A stretch of DNA of 35,253 nt. Source: an uncultured Verrucomicrobiota bacterium. Its GTDB lineage: Bacteria; Verrucomicrobiota; Kiritimatiellia; CAIQIC01; Lenti-01. The number at the start of each line of letters is the position of its first letter. Within the stretch, counting starts at the first letter, position 1. The stretch lies in assembly GCA_964535205.1 (NCBI GenBank), contig CAZHSS010000001.1, positions 1-35,253 on the forward strand, given 5' to 3'. Positions 17,344-26,049 of the stretch are shown here, piece by piece. The notes under the pieces are model-generated. The model had not been told where the DNA came from, searched no databases, and worked only from the letters and a program-made list of their open reading frames with translations. The position numbers and the translations under genes were made by a program.

Positions 17344-17748
17344 AATCTGCGCTGGTGTTCTTGCCTGTTCTGGCACGGGGGGCAGGTTTGTAGGAACGGG
17401 ATCCCAAGCAACGCTAATTGGCAAGCCCATAGGAATTCGCTTCTCATTCACTTCTTCTGGAATACGGTTTGACACGGAAAGAACATATGCCTGTGCCGCC
17501 GCTCTAGCGCTAAGATAATCCACTTCAGCAGACATATAATACTCGAAATACAGACCCATTGCCAGAAGATCGTTTGTGCATTCTGCCAAACGATTGGTGA
17601 TCGCCTGCTTAATCAACGGATAGTTCGTGGCTATCCATGCGGCGTTTACCTCCGCGATAAACTCATCAGACTCACATTCCCCATAAGTGTATGGTCCGCA
17701 TACTGCAACCACAATAAGCATGGCGGATATTAGAATTTTTGTTTTCAT
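17212..17748 (-). CDS. Secreted protein, paralog 1 of the tandem family
   Basis: ATG 17748 preceded by AGGAAGG (8-nt spacer). The alternative GTG 17757 overlaps the giant gene's TGA. MKTKILISAMLIVVAVCGPYTYGEC..., about 178 aa. Confidence 0.8.
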   Translation of the reverse strand: MKTKILISAMLIVVAVCGPYTYGECESDEFIAEVNAAWIATNYPLIKQAITNRLAECTNDLLAMGLYFEYYMSAEVDYLSARAAAQAYVLSVSNRIPEEVNEKRIPMGLPISVAWDPVPTNLPPVPEQARTPAQIEYMHSTYSDGFPHVGVYQIVAGRVKLQEEGKLIWGVGFVDPEE

Positions 17749-17753
17749 TAGAT

Positions 17754-20700
17754 TCACCTTCCTGCTGCTTGTTCCATAAGTGCTCTTGTCGATTCAATCA
17801 AACCTATGGAATTGGTTTCGGCAATGCCCCCTCCGGGCCATTCCTTGGAAACCCTCATGCCTGGAGGCTGCATATCCAATGCGTTGGTCTGAATAACACT
17901 TGCCAGCGAATAACCCTGTGCCAGAGCAATTCCGGCATCATAGCATTCCCGGGCATATTGATCGTCCTTAGCGCCGACAATTCCGCCTTTAAAGAACCGA
18001 TAAGCATTCGGACCGTAGGGCAAAAGCCAAGAAGGGATGCCCATGTGATAGGCAAACATGGCAAAGCCCATGTTATTGCGCTTGGCAAAATCCGTCACAT
18101 AGGGACGGGAGTTACCTGCAATCACAAATCTTGAGGAATCCCCCGCTGAATCGTCTGTTGTGTATGCATGGGCAAGCCCGCAGATGTCTTGCCAACGCTC
18201 ATGTGGGGTTACATAGTCGAAATCAAGGCCAATAGTTTCAAGGTCGTTAAGCCATAACTCCGCTTTTTTCTCTTCGATCCTATTGGTATTACTGTGATGT
18301 TCAGCAGGCAACTCTGAAAGGGCCCTTGTCGTCTTGTAGGCATCATAATCGACAATCCAGTCATCGAGATAGTCGATTTCCCGCTGAAAGTCCACGGAGA
18401 TATCCGGCCCGCTGACGGGGAGCCACATCTGCGAGGTGATGGGGTCGGCACCGGGGATGGTGGTGGTGAAGGTGTAGAGCCCGCCTTTGGTGGCATTGGA
18501 GAACGTGGCGACGGGTTGGTCGCTGTTCAGCAGAGTTCCCGAGTTGGGCCCGTCGGTTTTCGCCCAGGTCACGCCCGGCAGGTCTTCGGGATGGACGTGC
18601 AGGGTGACATTGAAGTTTGTGGGATCGCCTTCGGGCGTAGAGGCTTTATCAAAGAGAATGGTAAGAGCACGCCCCTGTTTGTTTTGATCGATTCGTGCAG
18701 CCTCCTTTTCTTCCGCCCATACCGGATAACACACGAGTTCCGGCGGATCGGAGCCGAAACCCACAGGGGACTTCTCCGCCAAACTGCATTCCAGTTCAAC
18801 AAGAAATCCAATGGGTTCGATGGTGCCATAGGCGAAGAATTCATTTGTCCATGGGCGACCCGCCGTATAAGTCGGGGTATAGACATCGCCGCCGGTCCCG
18901 ATTGTGGAATAGCTTTGCAGCCGGTAATCCGAATAGGTGCTCATTCCCTGCGGGCGAAATGCCTCCAGCCACATCATCTTATAGACCACGCCGCTTGTTG
19001 TCGGTATCATCCATCGGTACTGCAGGTCCTGAAGGAATAGATTAGTGTGGTCCTCTGAGAGAAGGGAGGCAGAAAATATCTCGTTGGTGGGCAGGCTCTC
19101 TATCCAAGGTTCCTGCCGGTGATTCTCGCGTGTCCAACGCTGCCCCCAGGTAATGCCGGCCCAGTTGAGCAACGGCGGAAGATCCTGAACCGTATAAAAC
19201 AAGAGCATATCCGTTGTGTATTCGTTGGTTAGCGCGGTGGTTTCATACTCGAAGGAATCCGGATCCGGTATGCCCCACGTCCACAGGTAGTGATCATATG
19301 CATTGCTAATGCCCGATGATGTATGGGTGCTGACCTCGAGTTCATCATCCAGCGGCATCAGGCAGGTGTTCACGTTGTATGACAACGGGATGATAGCGCC
19401 GTTCAGGTATTGCGTGCCGTGCACAACCAAATATTCATTGGGCTGCTCATACTCATAGGCGACCTGCCATATGGAGTGATATTCTTCATAGCCCCCATAT
19501 AGATGATAATTGTCATAGTAGCTCTCTTCTCCCCTGCATACATGATTGGATGGCGTGTCGGGCCAGCCATTGGGATCAAATTGCTTCAGGCATAAACGGG
19601 ATGCCGAGTGGATCATGTGTTCGCTGACATCCTCATCCGAATAGTGGCCGTCTCCATTGGCTTCGTATCTGGCTTCTCGACTCAAATACCACTTGGGCGG
19701 ATCGGAGGGCGGCAGAAACGAATTGGTGTATTCGGGATATCCTTCTTTTTGCCGATATGTGGACACGGCTTTGGCTTCTAAGTTGTCCTGGTCTAAATAG
19801 ATGTAACCGCCGCCAGATGATCGGCGGAGTTCCGCCGGATTTGGATTGTAGTACACAAAAGTTACTTCATTCGATTCGAACATTGGAAGGCCCAATTCGT
19901 ATTCTTCCCGGTTTGTCAGATGATCCCCATCCGGATCTTCTTCCGCATCGGTCGCGTTGTTGGGATCAAGACCCAGACTGATTTCCACTCCATCCGGAAT
20001 GGAATCCGCATCTGTATCGGCATCTTCGGGGCTGGTCCCATAGGTGTTGACCTCATCGCCATCGGATAGACCATCGCCATCGGTATCTGCCAGGGTTGGA
20101 TTGGTCTCTTCCTTGTATTCCTGAATATTGGTTAGGCCATCCCCATCTTTGTCGCCAAAAGCATCATACATGTCCGCGATGCCGCTAGGCCCCAGGGCAC
20201 CCGCATATACTCGGATATCGTCCAGCATGCCTTCCCATTTTTCCGTATAGAAAGGATCCTGCCCGTCACCCAGGGAAAAGCGGGCGTTGCCGGCATTGGT
20301 AAAGGATGCGGTCACGGCGCTCCCGGCTGGCGCTCCATTGAGATAAAGCTGCATCTGGGCGCCATCATACTCCATGGCCACCCATATCCATTGTTCTATC
20401 CGTGCCGTATTGTCCGTCAGCATGGTATTGTCCACCATACCAAACGCATGCGCCGAGGAATTAAAACCTATACAATAGCCGATATAGTGGTAGGAAGGCA
20501 GAATGCTCATATCGCTGATAATTTGCGGGTAGTCCGATGTGCAGTTGCCATCCAGCCATACCCAGGCGCTGACCGTAAACGGCCCCCCCGTCAACATGGC
20601 GGTGGCCTGGACGATCTCCACCCTGTCGTCTGATCCATCAAACCGCAAGGCCCCGCCAATTTTGCCTGCTTCAGCCCATCCGCTGTTCGTCGTTTCTGTA

Positions 20701-21887
20701 AACCCGATCAATTCTCCGTGAAAATTCTCTGTGGCTGAATTGAGCGCATTCGTTCCCTCGCCGTCGTCCAGCTTCCACCACCCCAGCAGCGACTCATCCA
20801 GTCCGGATCGGGCATTCATGCCATATTTCACTTCCCAGCCATCCGGCATGCCGTCCCCATCCGTATCCGACATTTCCGGGTCCGTGCGGTACAGGAATAT
20901 CTCCTGTCCGTCGGAAAGGCCATCGCCATCACGGTCCTGCCGCTTGCTAGCGGCATAATAGCGGATTCGGTCGTTGCCGGTTATATTCGTATCCTCCCAA
21001 GTACCCGCTCCGTTGGTCAGCACGAGATTGGTTGTTCCATGGACCCACTCGCTTTCGATGCCGTTGAACCCAGGCGAAACCGGGTGCCAGACCGTATTCG
21101 TGCGCGTGATCACTTCGTCATATTCGTTTGTCCAGGTGGACACCACGACCGACGATGTGTGCCCTACTGTATAGGTATAGATTTCCGCAATGTCCGTTCC
21201 GTTCGTGACAGCAATCAGCATGGTGCCGTTCGTGGTTATCTGGGAGCAACAAAACCCGAATTCATTGCCTCCCAATCTGTTCTTAGCCATTACGTTCGAT
21301 CGCTTCATTTTCATGGCGTTATAAGTAGAAAGGGTATTTGCGATTCGGCTTTCGGTGTATAGGTAAGGCTCGACATCCTCGGCGGGGAGCAAATCCAGTA
21401 TCAGGGTCACGCGGGCCGGGTCGGCATCCTCGGGCCATTCGCGGGACACCCGGTCGGCCGGGATGGTCGCAATCAACTTGCCCTCGGCATTGTAAACGAG
21501 GGTTTCGCGCGTCTTCGGGTCCTGCGTCAGCGATAGAGGATAAATCGCCACGCTGTTCTTGTCCTCGCCCAACAGTTCATCGAGAAACTTCTCGTCGAAG
21601 TTGTCGGCATCAAACGGCACCACAGACGGAAACATCGGCTGAACCCAGGAAAATCCCGGCGGGGTCATGCGGTTGAACCGGCGGCGCTGGATTTCCGCGC
21701 CCTCCGCCAAGTCCTGAATATCAAAAACCTCGTTTTCGATGAAATCGGCGTACTGCTCGGCTTCGACGGCAGCGGACTTTTCGATCCGTGCCAAATCCGA
21801 CGCAAGAGCGGCAAGACAAAGTGCGGCGGCAATGGCGGCGATGCCAATCCCGATGACGGGCTTGTGGTTCATCCTCGGTATTCTCAT
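17754..21887 (-). CDS. Giant signal-anchored/secreted protein: N-terminal region, TSP3 Ca-binding repeats, LamG (laminin-G_3/concanavalin-like) domain, second TSP3 block, ~700-aa C-terminal region of unknown function
   Basis: Start set at ATG 21887 (AGGAG 8 nt upstream): MRIPRMNHKPVIGIGIAAIAAALCLAALA. TSP3 repeats DRDGDGLSDGQ / DTDGDGMPDGWE (about 20800-20940). LamG region LLGWWKLDDGEG...ALRFDGSDDRVEI...FTVSAWVWLDG...MQLYLNGAP...LDDIRVYAGAL (about 20190-20790). TSP3 block DKDGDGLTN...DTDGDGLSDGDE...DTDADSIPDG...DPDGDHLTNREE (about 19890-20160). Stop TGA 17754-17756. Confidence 0.85.
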   Translation of the reverse strand: MRIPRMNHKPVIGIGIAAIAAALCLAALASDLARIEKSAAVEAEQYADFIENEVFDIQDLAEGAEIQRRRFNRMTPPGFSWVQPMFPSVVPFDADNFDEKFLDELLGEDKNSVAIYPLSLTQDPKTRETLVYNAEGKLIATIPADRVSREWPEDADPARVTLILDLLPAEDVEPYLYTESRIANTLSTYNAMKMKRSNVMAKNRLGGNEFGFCCSQITTNGTMLIAVTNGTDIAEIYTYTVGHTSSVVVSTWTNEYDEVITRTNTVWHPVSPGFNGIESEWVHGTTNLVLTNGAGTWEDTNITGNDRIRYYAASKRQDRDGDGLSDGQEIFLYRTDPEMSDTDGDGMPDGWEVKYGMNARSGLDESLLGWWKLDDGEGTNALNSATENFHGELIGFTETTNSGWAEAGKIGGALRFDGSDDRVEIVQATAMLTGGPFTVSAWVWLDGNCTSDYPQIISDMSILPSYHYIGYCIGFNSSAHAFGMVDNTMLTDNTARIEQWIWVAMEYDGAQMQLYLNGAPAGSAVTASFTNAGNARFSLGDGQDPFYTEKWEGMLDDIRVYAGALGPSGIADMYDAFGDKDGDGLTNIQEYKEETNPTLADTDGDGLSDGDEVNTYGTSPEDADTDADSIPDGVEISLGLDPNNATDAEEDPDGDHLTNREEYELGLPMFESNEVTFVYYNPNPAELRRSSGGGYIYLDQDNLEAKAVSTYRQKEGYPEYTNSFLPPSDPPKWYLSREARYEANGDGHYSDEDVSEHMIHSASRLCLKQFDPNGWPDTPSNHVCRGEESYYDNYHLYGGYEEYHSIWQVAYEYEQPNEYLVVHGTQYLNGAIIPLSYNVNTCLMPLDDELEVSTHTSSGISNAYDHYLWTWGIPDPDSFEYETTALTNEYTTDMLLFYTVQDLPPLLNWAGITWGQRWTRENHRQEPWIESLPTNEIFSASLLSEDHTNLFLQDLQYRWMIPTTSGVVYKMMWLEAFRPQGMSTYSDYRLQSYSTIGTGGDVYTPTYTAGRPWTNEFFAYGTIEPIGFLVELECSLAEKSPVGFGSDPPELVCYPVWAEEKEAARIDQNKQGRALTILFDKASTPEGDPTNFNVTLHVHPEDLPGVTWAKTDGPNSGTLLNSDQPVATFSNATKGGLYTFTTTIPGADPITSQMWLPVSGPDISVDFQREIDYLDDWIVDYDAYKTTRALSELPAEHHSNTNRIEEKKAELWLNDLETIGLDFDYVTPHERWQDICGLAHAYTTDDSAGDSSRFVIAGNSRPYVTDFAKRNNMGFAMFAYHMGIPSWLLPYGPNAYRFFKGGIVGAKDDQYARECYDAGIALAQGYSLASVIQTNALDMQPPGMRVSKEWPGGGIAETNSIGLIESTRALMEQAAGR

Positions 21888-22297
21888 TGGGCATGCTCCT
21901 GGGTGGTGGCATGAACCCGGTGCCGCGCAAAACTGGTAAGAGGCGCGAACTCCAAGCCCATGCCCTGTAGAGGGACCGACAAGCCCCACCGAAGAACACA
22001 AGACGAGGAGCCGCGCCCATGGTGGGCGCGTCTTTCAAGTCTCGTTCTTCGGTTGAAAGCTGTCGGTTTTCTACAGAACGATTCCCCGCTCGCGCGGGGA
22101 AGACTTCAAAACGCAAATTGATAAAGAACAGCGTCCGAACAATAACCGTTCCGGAACTACTGTACTTATCGTAGAAGCTGGAGCATATGGCAAGAATAAA
22201 TATTAGAACAAAAGGACAAAATGCCAAAAGACAGGGCAATTGCCGGGCGCAAGCGATCTTGACGCCTCCTCCCCTTTTCTGCACCTTGCCTTCCATC

Positions 22298-23446
22298 GTG
22301 AACCTTCTATTGCTCACCTGGAATTTTCCGCCCGCCGTGGGCGGCATGGAAGCCATGATGGACCATCTGTTCCGGGGCCTGCGCCGACGCGGCCATTCGG
22401 TCCGGGCGGTCACCACCCGGGGCGACGGCGAACCCATGGAGGATGTCCATCGGGCCCCCCGCCCGGGCGTGCCGGCCTATCTTCTGTTTTCCTTCTTCCG
22501 CGGCTGGACGCTTTGCCGGAAACAGCGGCCGGATTTCATTCTCTGCGGAAGCGTCCTCAGCGCCCCGGCGGGATGGCTGCTGTCCGTCCTCCTCCGCGTT
22601 CCCTGGGGCGTGCCCCTCTACGGCAGCGACCTGCTGGCGGGCGGACGGGCCTATCGCCTGCTGCTGCGGTTTCTGCTGCGGCGGGCCCGTCGCCTCTTCC
22701 CCATCAGCCGTTTCACCCGGTCCCTGGCCGAACAACTCGGCGTGGACACCCGCCGGGCCGTTCTCATCCCGCCCGGCGTGGACGTGCATCCTTTCGAGCA
22801 GGAACCCGCCGAAGGCGCCGAACACCTGCTGGCCCTCTGCGAACACCGCCGCATCCTGCTGACCGCGGGCCGGCTGGTCCGCCGCAAAGGCGTACTGGAG
22901 TTCGTCCGCGATGCCATGCCGGAACTGATCCGGCGCTTCCCCGACCTCCTGTTTCTGGTGGTCGGGGATGACGGCGCGCAATCCCTGATCCACAAGAAAG
23001 AAGGCATGCGCCGGCAGATCGAGGACGTCATTCGCCGCCAGGGACTGGAACACCAGGTCCGCCTGCTCGGGCGCCTGCCCGACCGCGACCTGATCCGGCT
23101 GTATTTCCACGCCGACGTGTTTGTTCTTCCCGGCCTGGATCTGCCCGGCGACGTCGAAGGATTCGGCATCGTGTTTTCCGAGGCGGCGCTGGCCGGCGTT
23201 CCTGCCGTCGCCACCCGGACCGGCGGCGTCCCCGACGCCATCGAGGACGGGCAAACCGGCGTGCTGGTTCCACCGGGCGACACCCCGGCCATCGTGGAGG
23301 CCGTGTCCTCCCTGCTGCGGGATGACGAAAAGCGGCGCCGAATGGGCCGGGCCGCGGCGCAACGCGCCCGCGATACCCTGGCCTGGGAGGTCATTGTCAG
23401 TCGCTACGACCAGGCCATCCGGGATTCCCTGGCCTCCGGAAACTGA
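22298..23446 (+). CDS. Glycosyltransferase, GT1/GT4 family
   Basis: Start placed at in-frame GTG 22298 (VNLLLLTWNFPPAVGGME...). The ORF-track start at 22187 lies in AT-rich DNA unlike the rest of the gene. ExxxxxxxE motif VEGFGIVFSEAALAGVPAVATRTGG. Confidence 0.85.
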   Translation: MNLLLLTWNFPPAVGGMEAMMDHLFRGLRRRGHSVRAVTTRGDGEPMEDVHRAPRPGVPAYLLFSFFRGWTLCRKQRPDFILCGSVLSAPAGWLLSVLLRVPWGVPLYGSDLLAGGRAYRLLLRFLLRRARRLFPISRFTRSLAEQLGVDTRRAVLIPPGVDVHPFEQEPAEGAEHLLALCEHRRILLTAGRLVRRKGVLEFVRDAMPELIRRFPDLLFLVVGDDGAQSLIHKKEGMRRQIEDVIRRQGLEHQVRLLGRLPDRDLIRLYFHADVFVLPGLDLPGDVEGFGIVFSEAALAGVPAVATRTGGVPDAIEDGQTGVLVPPGDTPAIVEAVSSLLRDDEKRRRMGRAAAQRARDTLAWEVIVSRYDQAIRDSLASGN

Positions 23447-23447
23447 C

Positions 23448-24617
23448 TCAGCCGGCCACGAGGCGCGACCAGACCGCCTGCCACCCCGTCCGGATCACCC
23501 GCCAGTCATACCGTTCCGCCGCCAGCTTTCGCGCATCGGCCCCCATGCGGGCGGCGCGGGGCGGATCGCTTGCCAGCCGTCGCACCGCGGAAGCGAATGC
23601 CGCAGGCTCGGCCAGTTCAACATGCACTCCGGGCTCCCCCGCCAGGCCTTCCGCCCCTTTGGGCGTGGCCACCACCGGTTTTCCCGCCGCCATGTATTCC
23701 AGAATCTTCAACCGTGTTCCGGAACCCGTGAAAATCGGGGCGAGACAGATGTCCACCCGGCGGACATACGGCACGATGTCCGGCACCCGCCCGGCAAACA
23801 CCATGCCCGGATGCGGGGCCACCGCCGGAGCCGGTCCGCCGCACACCAGCAGGCGGCAGGGCCCGCCGCCGTCCCGTTCCAGTTCCGGCAGCACCTGCCC
23901 GGCCAGAAACGTCAGCGCTTCCCGGTTCGGCTGATAGTCCAGTTTGCCCATGAAAAACAGCACCGTGGCGCCGCGCAGAGCGGCTTCCACCGCCGGATCA
24001 ACGGCTCCCGCATCCGCCGGGCCGGACCATGCCTCCATGTCCACCCCGTTCGGCACAACGGACACCTGATCCGCCGGCACGCCGTACCGCGCGATGAACT
24101 GCGCGCGATCCAGATCCGAACAGGCGAACACATGATCCGCCCGGCTCACCACCCGGCGCTCCCATGCCCGCACCAGGCGCGTGAACAAGTGGCGGGCCCC
24201 GTGTCGTTCCTCAATTGCATTTCCCAGCACATCGTGCGCATCCAGCACCACCGGCGGAAGCCCCTTCATCCTCCGCAGGGGCAGATAGCTCCAGATGGAG
24301 GTGGCCACAATCAGGGCTGGACGCTCCCGGCGCACCAGGCGACGCACCCGGACAGCCGTCGCGGGCAGCAGAAAATTAAACATCCCCCAGTTGATGCCGA
24401 GCTTGCGCCGGCCCAGATCCGGCCCAAAGGTCCAGGAACGCGTATGCGGATGCGCCGGGGCCGGCTGAACCAGCAGCGCCCGGTCCCCCAGAGCGTCCAG
24501 CAGCGCCCGGATCCGCCGCGCCCCCCCGAACGACGGCGCGTTCAGATTCCAGTACGACAGCACCAGTACGCTGCCCCCGGCGGCCTGTTTCTCGGTGGTT
24601 GTGGCTTCTGTCTGCAT
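23448..24617 (-). CDS. Glycosyltransferase, GT1/GT4 family
   Basis: ATG 24617 (the ORF-track start 24626 is TTG). VLVLSYWNLNAPSFGGARR ... FTGSGTRLKILEYMAAGKPVVATPKGAEGL. Convergent with the preceding gene, with stop codons 1 nt apart. Confidence 0.85.
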   Translation of the reverse strand: MQTEATTTEKQAAGGSVLVLSYWNLNAPSFGGARRIRALLDALGDRALLVQPAPAHPHTRSWTFGPDLGRRKLGINWGMFNFLLPATAVRVRRLVRRERPALIVATSIWSYLPLRRMKGLPPVVLDAHDVLGNAIEERHGARHLFTRLVRAWERRVVSRADHVFACSDLDRAQFIARYGVPADQVSVVPNGVDMEAWSGPADAGAVDPAVEAALRGATVLFFMGKLDYQPNREALTFLAGQVLPELERDGGGPCRLLVCGGPAPAVAPHPGMVFAGRVPDIVPYVRRVDICLAPIFTGSGTRLKILEYMAAGKPVVATPKGAEGLAGEPGVHVELAEPAAFASAVRRLASDPPRAARMGADARKLAAERYDWRVIRTGWQAVWSRLVAG

Positions 24618-24677
24618 TTGGATCAAACGGCGGTCAACAGACCCTACAACGCCAACCGCTCCGGCGGCAACGGATTC

Positions 24678-25769
24678 TCATGGCGGGTCCGCCGGAGGCC
24701 CGACCTCGGATTCGACCAGTTTTCCGGCCATGCCGGAATCCACCTCCACCACCTGGTGGAGATACCGGTCCAGGATTTGCCACATCTCCCGCTGCGACGT
24801 GCTGACCTGACGCGGCGCGTACCCGGCATCCACCAGACGGTTTGCCAGCAGGTAATGAAACAGATTCTCGGCCGCCTGCCGGTGGGCGATTTCGTTCGGA
24901 TGGGCATCCACCAGCGGAATGACCTGAAGCCGCTGGGGGGACTGCCCCCGGAAGGCCTCCAGCAAATCCATGTGGGCAATGCCTTCCGTCCGGAACACCT
25001 CTCCGATCTGCTCATGCACCCAGTCGAACGGATAGCGGTCCACGTCCGAAAACAGCGGAAAGACCACCGGCACAAATGTAATCTCCTGTTCCCGGCAAAA
25101 GGCGCGGAACCGGCGGATGGCCTGCACAAACAGTTTCCACCCGCTGTACTCCCGGTCGTACAGCCGGCGGTAATACGCCAGATAGCCCCGACGCGCCCGG
25201 CGGGCGGCCAGCTTCTGATAGATGAACGATCCGGCCCGGGAATGCCGCAACACCGCCGCCAGCCAGGCCGGCGGCGGTGCGGGCAGCGTTTCCATCCGCC
25301 AGCGCATCAGTTGGGCTTTTTTATGCGCATTCTCGGCGTCATTCAGACAGATTCCCAGAATCAGTATGTCGGGCCGCCATTCTTCTATGGCGGGCAGATA
25401 TCGAGCCTCTGTGTCCGGGTTATTCCCTCCCTTGGCCCATACCCGCACTTCGGCCGGCCGCTGGCCTTCGTTCAGATTCAGCAGGGCTTCCAGCCGCTGG
25501 CTGTAGGTGTCGTAAAACTGGCATCCCGTCCCGTAGGTGACGGAATCCCCGACAACGGCAATTCGCAGGGGATCCGGATGCCCCCGGCTCCACGGACTGA
25601 TCCGCCCCTCCCCCGGATAATACACAATGTCAGGCCGATCATCCGCCGCCCGTCCCGGCCGGCCGGGAGGCGCGGTCCTCAATGCCAGTTCAAGCCCTCC
25701 CATCAGCAGGACAACCGGGAGCAGCATGAGCAGGATCCTGGCCAGCCATCGCGTTGCCGTTCGCCTCAT
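24678..25769 (-). CDS. Membrane-anchored SGNH/GDSL hydrolase family protein
   Basis: Start set at ATG 25769 (MRRTATRWLARILLMLLPVVLLMGGLELAL, TM anchor). SGNH blocks VVGDSVTYGTG, LGICLNDA and DAHPNEIAH. Confidence 0.82.
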   Translation of the reverse strand: MRRTATRWLARILLMLLPVVLLMGGLELALRTAPPGRPGRAADDRPDIVYYPGEGRISPWSRGHPDPLRIAVVGDSVTYGTGCQFYDTYSQRLEALLNLNEGQRPAEVRVWAKGGNNPDTEARYLPAIEEWRPDILILGICLNDAENAHKKAQLMRWRMETLPAPPPAWLAAVLRHSRAGSFIYQKLAARRARRGYLAYYRRLYDREYSGWKLFVQAIRRFRAFCREQEITFVPVVFPLFSDVDRYPFDWVHEQIGEVFRTEGIAHMDLLEAFRGQSPQRLQVIPLVDAHPNEIAHRQAAENLFHYLLANRLVDAGYAPRQVSTSQREMWQILDRYLHQVVEVDSGMAGKLVESEVGPPADPP

Positions 25770-26049
25770 CTGTTCCGTTCCCTTGGTTGCCCGCTCCTCA
25801 ATTGCGCCGCCGGACTCCCGCCCGGCTCCGCCGCGTTGCCGGCGGTGCATCGACGGGAATCCTGCCATGCCCCCCGTCGGCCGTACACACTAAAACCACG
25901 GCCAAACAGCCCGTCCCATTGACTTCCCCGGGACCCTGTGATAGGCAGTCCCGCATGTCCGCCTGTTTGTTTTCGACACTCTCGCCGGCCCGGCTCTCCG
26001 GATCTCCGGCCTTCGCTCCCGGCGTTCCCCCCCACCGTGTTCCGTTGGC

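Larger units (their letters stand above)
15000..22290. other. Low/intermediate-GC island interrupting the GC-rich glycan locus (no mobility genes seen)
   Basis: Hand counts of single 60-nt lines give about 35-47% G+C at 15.4-17.0 kb and about 43-67% across the giant gene. Lines from flanking glycosyltransferase genes give about 72-77%. These are spot counts, not a computed profile. Confidence 0.6.

Noticed and set aside
21888-22001. 38-codon N-terminal extension of the giant ORF
   Set aside because: Cys/Gly/Pro-rich with no signal character. ATG 21887 has an AGGAG ribosome-binding site and starts a classic positively charged n-region plus hydrophobic helix.
22187-22297. ATG 22187 as the start of the GT1 gene (MARINIRTKGQNAKRQ...)
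   Set aside because: This stretch is AT-rich and Lys/Asn-rich, unlike the rest of the gene. GT4 enzymes normally begin just before the hydrophobic strand (LLLTWNFPP). The exact start (GTG 22298 versus TTG 22286) remains uncertain.
23121-25922. 933-aa ORF on the + strand
   Set aside because: Antisense shadow of the GT1 (23448-24617) and SGNH (24678-25769) genes. Arg/Pro/His-rich with no motifs.
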